From Epiperipatus broadwayi (Eukaryota; Animalia; Onychophora), in contig JAQFVV010000003.1 of assembly GCA_028023455.1 (NCBI GenBank), positions 682,001-746,000 of the forward strand: a stretch of 64,000 nt of DNA, read 5' to 3'. The notes below the pieces were generated by a model. It ran no database searches. It saw only the letters and a program-made list of their open reading frames with translations, and was not told the origin of the DNA. Of the stretch, positions 54,268 to 64,000 are shown piece by piece. Numbering within the stretch: the stretch's first letter is position 1; each line of letters starts with the position of its first letter. A program made the translations under genes and the position numbers.

Positions 54268-57141
54268 AAAAATATTCATAAAAATATAATAACAACAATT
54301 AGATTACATAATGACATAAGGAGAATTAACACTGGGGAAAGTTTATGAAAGAGTGATTCCATACCTCCAAAACATTTTACAACAGTGCTGCAAGAAGTAT
54401 TCTGTCAATTAACATGAGAATAAAAATAAATGGAGAACATTTAAGTCATCTAAAGTTTGCCAATGATGTAGTTGTTTTTGCAAATATTGCTTTAGAACTT
54501 CAGAAAATGTTGCAAACGTTATTAGATAAAAGTAAGAAAATAGGGCTAAAGGTAAAGTTAAAAAATGAAAGTAATATTAAAAAGACTAAAGTAATGTTCA
54601 GTAGATTTCTCAAAAGATTCAAATAAAGATGGATAATGATGAGTTAGAAGTTAACAACTACAAATACTTTGATCAGATTATTACTACAGATCAAAACATA
54701 ATAGATTAAATTAATCACAGAATTAAACTTGGTTGGAGTGCTTTTGATAGAAATAACTTAATATTAAAATGCAATATGCCAATGGGTTTAAAAAGAAAGG
54801 GTTTTAATAAATGTGTTTTATCAGTTCTTATTAATGGATCTGACACTTGGACATTTCACAGGAGAGCAATACAGAGACTTCAGACCATTCAATGAAGTAT
54901 GGAGAAATAAATTTTAGGAGAAACAAAAAGAGATTGAGAACAAACTACATGGTAAATGAACAAACATGTATTATTGACATCATTGAAAGAATTGAGAGAC
55001 TGAAGTGGATTTGGTCTTGACATATTGTTAGAAGAGATGGTAGAAGATGGACAGTTGAAATCTTAAATTGAATTTGAAGATATTGTAAAGGAATTAGAAA
55101 GAGATCACATGTGAGATGGGTGGATCAAATAAGAAAGTGAGTGGGGATTGGAGAAGATGGATTGAATTTGGAGAGATCTTCATTCTGCAGTAGAGTAAAA
55201 ATGGTTGAAAATGATTATGAATTTATTATTTAGATTCAATAGCTTTATTAAAAGAGATATCATTTGCCATTTATAATACTCAATAAAATTATGCAAGAAT
55301 GTGATAATGTCACTATTTCTAAAAAATATTAATACATATTAGCATTAATTTATTTATTTTTCTCAAAGTTGATTAAAATATTTACAAATTTAGTGACTTC
55401 TTTTCATCTCCCAGTATTTATTCACTCTGTAGTTGAAATCCTTTACATTTTTGCCATATGAATTGTGAATATAATTACCAGTTAATTCAAATCTAATTTA
55501 TTCTTCATCTTAGAAATACAGCACGAGGGAAATATTCTAGGTATAGTAAAACTCACTTGAGATCTGCATATTATTTTTATTCATCTTACCTCTCTTCTCC
55601 TATGTGTTATGAGAAATTGATAAATTATGAATGCCTTGAATTGAAATATCTAAAAGATGTTAAAATCAACAAAACTATTTTCACTGTTACAATGTAATAA
55701 CCTCTATTGTTTATTAAAAATTATCAAAGGTATGATGAACAAGAAGTGCAAACAAGATGTATGTATTCATTCACATATATGAATGACATAATGCCGAGGA
55801 GTACATTAGCCTTCCAAATCTATGATCTAAATAAATTATTTTTCAAAAAAGATTAGGATTTTTTCTTTAGATTGCTGGGTTATAAACAATCCACATAATT
55901 ATCTAATATTGGTCACTAAATGAATATCTAATTTATTATTACCTAAATAGTAAAACAAAGATAAAAGTCCATTATTGGCAATACCATCAAGTATTTCTTT
56001 CTTTTTTACTGTTACTTCATTGGGAGATATTGAGGAGTGTTTGTCCTGCAATGAACTATTTATTAAAAATTTATTAAAAAGTTTGTTTTATTTTTTTTTA
56101 TATGTAATCATTTTGTATAGTTCAGGTTATTAATTAAGTCATTAATTATTCAAGACTTATAAATCAATAATTACAATTTGAGAATATTTGTTTTGTTAAA
56201 CAAATAAATGTGCATGTTTATTCTTTTATAAATCAATGTTTTATATAAACTTCACATTTTATATATGTCTCAAATGTATGATATTCCATTTTTTTTAGGT
56301 TTGCTTATTCTACACCTTCAAGATTTTGAAGGTTTTTTTCCTTAGAATAGTTACAGAAATAGTTCCCAAAAAATGATATATGAAATAAATTATCAAGCCC
56401 AAAATCACAATTTGTTGTAGGTTTGATTTTAAACCATCCTCTATGCATAAGCAGCTCCATATATTTTAACATAGTCTTTTGAAACAACAACATCATGTTT
56501 TCTTATTTATTTAAAAAGGTAATATGCAGGTACCATTTATGTAATATTTTTAACTATACAATAATTTAATTTCAAATTATTTGTAAGGATAATATTATTC
56601 GGTAACTTACAATCCAAAACTGATCTTTAATTATCCAGCACTCACCATCAAATAAAAAAATAATAATAATAAACTGAAATAATACACTGATTAGGATGAA
56701 ATTCAAAAGGTTTAAATCAGCTTATGCTTATAACATGATCACAATTAATTAATTGTTGTTAAATCAATGCTACCTATTAAGCTGTAATAAAGTATCTATT
56801 GTCCTATGTGTCTTAGATAGTGGGGGAGGGTAAGATTCTGGAATGTGAACTTCTCAGATTAATTCCATTAGCAATGCTTCCAGTGCTCAAACTTTTTAAG
56901 AACTCTTAAACAATAAAGCTATTTGATTATTTTGCTGTTCTTATCTTTATAAAAGTTGCTATCTTGTGTTGTGGTTTGAGAGGTCTCTCTATTATAAAAA
57001 TTTCAAGGCGCATTTGATATAGGTTATAACCTGTCTTAAAAGTATTTATTATTTAATAAAAAAGTATGCAAGTGTATTACTTTTAGAATGGCTTGCTGTT
57101 ATTATTTACAAAGAAATCATGGCCTGATTTAATAAGATTTA

Positions 57142-57216
57142 TTACAAATGTTATATATAGAGCTCACCAAAGCTTGTTAAGAGCTTATTTGCAAGCTCTA
57201 TATATAACATTTGTAA
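57142..57216. repeat. Perfect 23-bp inverted repeat with 29-bp spacer
   Basis: TTACAAATGTTATATATAGAGCT and AGCTCTATATATAACATTTGTAA. Confidence 0.85.
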
Positions 57217-57266
57217 TGTAAGCTTAGTAAATTAGGTCATGTGACATATGACTTGATTTCTTTATA

Positions 57267-57379
57267 ATAGATAGATAGATAGATAGATAGAAAGAAAAAT
57301 AGGTAGATAGATAGATAGATAGAAAGAAAAATAGGTAGATAGATAGATAGATAGTTAGATAGATAGATAGATAGGTAGG

Positions 57380-57441
<62 letters not shown>
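57267..57441. repeat. (GATA)n microsatellite with interruptions
   Basis: Direct reading. It explains ORF 57224..57472. Confidence 0.95.
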
Positions 57442-57442
<1 letters not shown>

Positions 57443-57608
57443 CAAACCACTACAGTTTATTTGATGTCTCAAATGTGTAGTCCTAACAACTTTAACACAA
57501 ATCTTTTATTGAAAGTACATAAATATTTTTTATTTAGACTAGAGATTATCCAACAATGAATTAAACTGTAGTAGTTTGCTATCAAGATATGTGTAAGAGA
57601 TTGTAGTA

Positions 57609-57655
57609 TGGGCCAACTTATAAGTGCTGGTTCTTCATAAAATGTGTGTCTTGTG
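57609..57655 (+). ncRNA. Dead hammerhead relic of the 474-bp/45932 family
   Basis: TGGGCCAA-CTTATAA-GTGCTGGTTCTTCAT-AAAA-TGTGTG-TC-TTG. Confidence 0.5.
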
Positions 57656-57769
57656 AAACAAAGATCTTTTTCACATCTTTGATCATATGTTTATGATTAA
57701 AACCCTCAGCAAGATGTTAAAAGTGGATAAAAAACATTTCTTATCTTGCATGAGAGATATGTAATGAAA

Positions 57770-59150
57770 ATTATACTACAAAAATAGTATTGACTTTATG
57801 GATTTTAGGTAGTCCATATAGGTGAGTAATCTTGCTGAAATGTGAAGTTAATTTCTTTTTTTTTTCCGAATCACTGAAATATCAGTAATGCTTCTGGAGT
57901 AATATTAGTAATTTTACCTATATTGATGATACATTTGTGGTATGGTCACATGGTGAGGTGCAATTGCAGTCATTCTGCTTGCATATCAACAATCTATCTC
58001 CTTCAGTTAAATTCCCAATGGAATCAAAATGAGAATAAAAATTGGCCTTCTTAAATATTGAATTATTCAGGGCAAGGTGAAATCAACAGTCTATTGGAAA
58101 CCAACACACACTGGCAAGTATTTGGCATGTACATACAACCATACCAGAAGCACTAACATGGAATTATATCATCACTATAGAATAGAGAAAAGGAAATTTG
58201 TTTAGAAATCAGTGATTTGGAAAATAAAAAGATTCACATAGAACAAACTATCATGAAGAATGGTTATTCATCAGCAGATATATAAAAAATCATTAATAGA
58301 CAATAAAAATAAACACCAAAGGAAAAAACAAATATTGAAACTGCAGTTTATCCATACATACCAGGAATGGCATACAAATTAAAGAAAGTCTGCAGTTAAT
58401 ATAAAATTAGAATAGCTTTCCATAGCCATACCACACTTCAAGAAAAATTCTTATTTTCACCAATCCTAAACTAGAAATGCTGAAGAACAAAAACTCCATC
58501 TATGAAATACCATGTAAATGTGGGAAGAAGTATATTGGTCAGACCTGTTGCCCTGTTGAACAGTGATTGAAAGAACACAAACTACTGTCTAAAAGAAAAA
58601 AAATCAGTCAGGAGCAAACTATGTATATACTAATGACCATATATTTAATTGAGAAAATACAAAAATATTGGATAAAGAGGAAAAGGTGCAAAGAAAAAAA
58701 TTCAAAGAAGCTGCTCATATGACAATGATATCTAATCCCATTAGTCAATCTAATATGACAATATACACTGTATGAGAAATGTATAATTACTTTTGCCCCT
58801 AAAAAATAATATAAAAATCTTACCAACTCTCATATATAACAGGAAATTTCTACTATATGTTGTTTTTGACAGAATACTTCAGTTGGTTAAAGCATTTGCC
58901 TTAAATTTGATATTCGAGATATAAAGGTGTGACTTCATTCCTATGCTAATACTGTCACTGGTCAAACCAGGAACACTTGAAGAAGAGTGGAGAATAATAC
59001 TATTTGATATATTATGTTATTACAAACCTGTGTTGTCTATTTATGTGAAATTACTAACACATTGTTTATAATTAAAAAGTTTAAATAAAGTTTACATTTT
59101 TCTATACATTCCACATTTACTGATAGATGATGGAAATAATCCAACATATT
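57770..59150 (+). mobile_element. 5'-truncated Penelope-like element: RT plus GIY-YIG (both disrupted) plus tRNA/HHR-type terminal repeat
   Basis: YIDDTFVVWSHG (57919), HINNLSPSVKFPME..LAFL, YWKPTHTGKYL and IYEIPCKCGKKYIGQT (58498-58545). The terminal repeat is 58865-59150. Confidence 0.88.
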
Positions 59151-59592
59151 ATTGTAGTATCATCCTTGTTTCTGTGACAGCTGGGTCCAAGATGTTTTGC
59201 ATATAAATAATTCAAAAATCCTAGAAAACTATCTTATAATATACACTTTTAGTATAATAGTATACTACAAATACCTGTATATTCATTGTGAACTAAAACA
59301 TTAAAATATATAAAAACAAAAAAAAAAAAAACATTCGGTAATATGATTTTGAGTTATGGGTAATTGAAATTATATATATCAAAATTACGTATGCAATGAA
59401 AATATTGTCTCTTTTTTTATATACTTTTTTTTTTTTAATACTATTTCCTTTGAAAGAAAGTGATACTTAAAGAACATATTAGTTACATTCTTACTATGAT
59501 GTGATTTTAAATCTATTCTCATATGAATGGTTTGTATATTAATGATGATCACAAAATATAACCTATAGTTTTTATAGAGATATTGTATACGA

Positions 59593-60757
59593 GATGTGAT
59601 ATTTTGGATTATTTCCATCATTTATGAGTGAATGTTGAATGTATAGAAAATTTTAAACTTTATTTAAACTTTTCAAATACAAACAACTTTGTTAGTAATA
59701 ACACACAAATAGACAATACAGGTTAGTAATTACACAATGTTTCAAATAGTATTATTCTCCACTCTTCTTCAGGTGTTGCTGGCCTATATGTACAGTGACA
59801 ATATTTGCTTAGAAGTTAAACTCACACCTTTAGATTCTTGAATATTGAATTTAAGGTGAATGCTCTACCAACTGACTATTCTGTCAAAGGCAACATATAG
59901 TAGAAATTTGATATATTTATATATGAGGGTTGGTTCAAATCCTCTTGAGTCCTTCAATTTTTTTTTAATTCTAATTATCTTTATTTTTATTTTCTTGTAA
60001 GAGCAAGATTAATTAGAGGCTTCCACACATTGTGTATTGCCACACTGGGTTGACTTATAAGATTATTTACCATTGTCATATGAGCAGCTTCCGTGAATTT
60101 TCTTCTATGCATTTTTTCCTCTTTATCCAATATCTTTGTATTTTCCCACTTAAACATATGGTTATTAGTACATACATGATCTGCTATGGTAGACACATCT
60201 GTTTTTGCTTTTTTAACCATTAGTTTGTGCTTCTTCAATCACTGTTCAACAGGCTGACAGGTCTCACCAATGTATTTCCTTCCATATTCACATGGTATTT
60301 CATAGATGCAGGTTTTGTTCTTCAGCATGGAAGCCTCTAATTAATCTTGCTCTTAAGAAAAATTAAAAATAAAGATAATTAGATTTAAAAAAAAATCGAA
60401 GGACTCAGGAAGATTTGAACTAACCCTCATATATAAATATATCAAATTTTTACTATATGTTACCTTTGACAGAATTGCTCAGTTGGTAGAGCATTTGCTT
60501 TAAATTCAATATTCAAGAATCTAAAGGTGTGAGTTCAACTTCTAAGCAAATATTGTCACTGTGCATATAGGCCAGAAGAACCTGAAGAAGAGTGGAGAAT
60601 AACATTACTCAAAATGTGTAATTACTAACCTGTATTGTCTATTTGTGTGTTATTACTAACAAGTTGTTTGTATTTGGAAAGTTTAAATAAAGTTTAAAAT
60701 TTTCTATACTTTCAACATTCATTCATAAATGATGGAAATAGTCCAACATATCACATC
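59593..60757. mobile_element. PLE fold-back insertion: two ~430-bp outward-facing 3' ends around a 302-bp minus-strand GIY-YIG fragment
   Basis: 59593-60025 is the reverse complement of 60328-60757. The spacer reads CIYEIPCEYGRKYIGETCQPVEQ*LKKHK...NHMFKWENTKILDKE on the minus strand. Each arm has a tRNA-like head and a decayed HHR (59732-59776 minus; 60582-60620 plus). Confidence 0.9.
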
Positions 60758-60927
60758 TTATACTTTATCATCATTACAAACCTTCAGACAAATATTGGAT
60801 ATGACTTTTTACAAAAAACAGAATACATGGTTTCATTACTTTTACTATTTTAAACATTAAATATGAAAATCTCATGATATATAAATTAAAATAAGTTGAT
60901 GACTAACAACATATAATTTCATCATCA

Positions 60928-61087
60928 AAGTATAACTGGTTACACAATGTTAGCCCATCATAGGCCAAACTAAATTCAAAAATATAGTACATAAATATTA
61001 TACCATGAAGTATAACTGGTTACACAATGTTAGGTCATCATAGGCCAAACTAAATTCAAAAATATAGTACATAAATATTATACCATG
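60928..61087. repeat. 80-bp tandem duplication
   Basis: AAGTATAACTGGTTACAC...TACCATG at 60928 and 61008 with 2 differences. Confidence 0.9.
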
Positions 61088-61261
61088 TAGTAATGATGGA
61101 GATTATTACATAGGCAGTACCCATGAAGTGTCCAGTTTTTTCATCCCATTACATTGTTTATTTTGGTTTTTCTTTATATGTAATAAAGAATATTCTACCA
61201 TTCCAAGTATATATGTATAAAAATATAAAATTATACTATTACAAATATATATATATATATA

Positions 61262-64000
61262 TATGTCCACAGATGGCGTCCTACCAAGACTGCCAATCAA
61301 GCGTATGTTTTGTTTACATAAACGTCAGAGTAGTTAGTATTCACTATCTCTAACTATAATTCCACTTTCAGATCATGATTTCAAGCTATTTGCTATCGTC
61401 AGTGAAAGACAGGAATAAAGAAACTAGATCTGAATACAAACTCTGAGCGTCTATGAAACAATTTCTATTCAGCTTGCAAGCGTGAATTTTTTAGACACGT
61501 AATGTCTTCAAACTCAGCATAGCAAACCAGATAGCTACATGGGTCTGATCTCAGTTCAGCATCACCACATAGTAGAAGCCTCTGCAATCTATATCATTGC
61601 AAGAAAGACCTCAAAGGTACATTTATGATAAACAAAAATGCAAGTTAAAAAACTTGCTAACGCTTGTATTTATGTCCACAGATGGCGTCCTACCAAGACT
61701 GCCAATCAAGCGTATGTTTTGTTTACATAAACGTCAGAGTAGTTAGTATTCACTATCTCTAACTATAATTCCACTTTCAGATCATGATTTCAAGCTATTT
61801 GCTATCGTCAGTGAAAGACAGGAATAAAGAAACTAGATCTGAATACAAACTCTGAGCGTCTATGAAACAATTTCTATTCAGCTTGCAAGCGTGAATTTTT
61901 TAGACACGTAATGTCTTCAAACTCAGCATAGCAAACCAGATAGCTACATGGGTCTGATCTCAGTTCAGCATCACCACATAGTAGAAGCCTCTGCAATCTA
62001 TATCATTGCAAGAAAGACCTCAAAGGTACATTTATGATAAACAAAAATGCAAGTTAAAAAACTTGCTAACGCTTGTATTTATGTCCACAGATGGCATCCT
62101 ACCAAGACTGCCAATCAAGCGTATGTTTTGTTTACATAAACGTCAGAGTAGTTAGTATTCACTATCTCTAACTATAATTCCACTTTCAGATCATGATTTC
62201 AAGCTATTTGCTATCGTCAGTGAAAGACAGGAATAAAGAAACTAGATCTGAATACAAACTCTGAGCGTCTCTGAAACAATTTCTATTCAGCTTGCAAGCG
62301 TGAATTTTTTAGACACGTAATGTCTTCAAACTCAGCATAGCAAACCAGATAGCTACATGGGTCTGATCTCAGTTCAGCATCACCACATAGTAGAAGCCTC
62401 TGCAATCTATATCATTGCAAGAAAGACCTCAAAGGTACATTTATGATAAACAAAAATGCAAGTTAAAAAACTTGCTAACGCTTGTATTTATGTCCACAGA
62501 TGGCGTCCTACCAAGACTGCCAATCAAGCGTATGTTTTGTTTACATAAACGTCAGAGTAGTTAGTATTCACTATCTCTAACTATAATTCCACTTTCAGAT
62601 CATGATTTCAAGCTATTTGCTATCGTCAGTGAAAGACAGGAATAAAGAAACTAGATCTGAATACAAACTCTGAGCGTCTATGAAACAATTTCTATTCAGC
62701 TTGCAAGCGTGAATTTTTTAGACACGTAATGTCTTCAAACTCAGCATAGCAAACCAGATAGCTACATGGGTCTGATCTCAGTTCAGCATCACCACATAGT
62801 AGAAGCCTCTGCAATCTATATCATTGCAAGAAAGACCTCAAAGGTACATTTATGATAAACAAAAATGCAAGTTAAAAAACTTGCTAACGCTTGTATTTAT
62901 GTCCACAGATGGCGTCCTACCAAGACTGCCAATCAAGCGTATGTTTTGTTTACATAAACGTCAGAGTAGTTAGTATTCACTATCTCTAACTATAATTCCA
63001 CTTTCAGATCATGATTTCAAGCTATTTGCTATCGTCAGTGAAAGACAGGAATAAAGAAACTAGATCTGAATACAAACTCTGAGCGTCTATGAAACAATTT
63101 CTATTCAGCTTGCAAGCGTGAATTTTTTAGACACGTAATGTCTTCAAACTCAGCATAGCAAACCAGATAGCTACATGGGTCTGATCTCAGTTCAGCATCA
63201 CCACATAGTAGAAGCCTCTGCAATCTATATCATTGCAAGAAAGACCTCAAAGGTACATTTATGATAAACAAAAATGCAAGTTAAAAAACTTGCTAACGCT
63301 TGTATTTATGTCCACAGATGGCGTCCTACCAAGACTGCCAATCAAGCGTATGTTTTGTTTACATAAACGTCAGAGTAGTTAGTATTCACTATCTCTAACT
63401 ATAATTCCACTTTCAGATCATGATTTCAAGCTATTTGCTATCGTCAGTGAAAGACAGGAATAAAGAAACTAGATCTGAATACAAACTCTGAGCGTCTATG
63501 AAACAATTTCTATTCAGCTTGCAAGCGTGAATTTTTTAGACACGTAATGTCTTCAAACTCAGCATAGCAAACCAGATAGCTACATGGGTCTGATCTCAGT
63601 TCAGCATCACCACATAGTAGAAGCCTCTGCAATCTATATCATTGCAAGAAAGACCTCAAAGGTACATTTATGATAAACAAAAATGCAAGTTAAAAAACTT
63701 GCTAACGCTTGTATTTATGTCCACAGATGGCGTCCTACCAAGACTGCCAATCAAGCATATGTTTTGTTTACATAAACGTCAGAGTAGTTAGTATTCACTA
63801 TCTCTAACTATAATTCCACTTTCAGATCATGATTTCAAGCTATTTGCTATCGTCAGTGAAAGACAGGAATAAAGAAACTAGATCTGAATACAAACTCTGA
63901 GCGTCTATGAAACAATTTCTATTCAGCTTGCAAGCGTGAATTTTTTAGACACGTAATGTCTTCAAACTCAGCATAGCAAACCAGATAGCTACATGGGTCT
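61262..64000 (-). repeat. 409-bp hammerhead-containing tandem array (retrozyme-like satellite), 6.7 copies, runs off the window
   Basis: Units start at 61263, 61672, 62081, 62490, 62899, 63308 and 63717. Only 3 substitutions were seen (62096, 62271, 63757). The array begins in (TA)n and has no ORF. Confidence 0.95.
61365..61408 (-). ncRNA. Intact minimal type I hammerhead ribozyme; identical copies at 61774-61817, 62183-62226, 62592-62635, 63001-63044, 63410-63453 and 63819-63862
   Basis: attcc tgt CTTTCA-CTGACGA-TAGC aaata GCTT-GAAA-TCATGA-TC-TGAAAG t ggaat. Stem I is a perfect 6 bp plus an extension, stem III is the palindrome ATCATGAT, and the triplet is AUC (cut between 61371 and 61370). 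Confidence 0.92.

Larger units (their letters stand above)
53180..55215 (+). mobile_element. RTE-clade LINE relic (RT and 3' end), interrupted at ~53850-54290
   Basis: NYRSISLLLILYKIFTKII, GFKRSFSTVDHIQ, FVDYEKEFDS, IKINGEHLSHLKFANDVVV and LKWIWS*HIVRRDGRRW. The 3' LQ* tail is RTE-like. Confidence 0.85.

Noticed and set aside
61266-61278. CCACAGATGGCG resembling YY1/CTCF motifs
   Set aside because: Short imperfect match that cannot be supported from sequence alone.
61532-61567. A-box/B-box-like words and ACCA in the 409-bp unit (plus strand)
   Set aside because: Spacing is far too short for a tRNA-type promoter, both boxes are imperfect, and they lie on the strand opposite the HHR.
61262-64000. 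CRISPR array, 5S/snRNA/SL-RNA cluster or coding tandem
   Set aside because: Units are identical with no spacers. No 5S, Sm-site or SL leader match was recognised, and only tiny ORFs exist on either strand.

Overview
Very AT-rich, repeat-dense animal nuclear DNA, probably a non-pancrustacean invertebrate judging by a cox1-cox2 NUMT with no tRNA between the genes. No complete host gene is visible; there is one plausible internal exon. The window is dominated by Penelope-like retroelement (PLE) relics with RT and GIY-YIG motifs and by hammerhead ribozyme (HHR)-bearing non-coding elements. (i) A young, >99.5% homogeneous 409-bp tandem array (61262 to window end, 6.7 copies) carries one intact minimal type I HHR per unit on the minus strand. 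(ii) A 474-bp HHR monomer is inserted as a head-to-head ~2.7-mer with a 12-bp TSD inside a dead piggyBac transposase, and older copies lie elsewhere. (iii) A PLE family carries a tRNA-Phe-like Pol III head just upstream of an HHR in its terminal repeat. (iv) Several more HHR families and fold-back insertions occur, mostly with the ribozyme strand pointing outward and with palindromic stem III sequences. Together this looks like a PLE plus retrozyme (circular-RNA-templated) ecosystem. The window also contains a Buster-type hAT relic with TSD, an RTE LINE relic, other LINE relics, MITE-like hairpins, minisatellites and (TA)n/(GATA)n tracts. All calls were made by eye, without searches or folding software.
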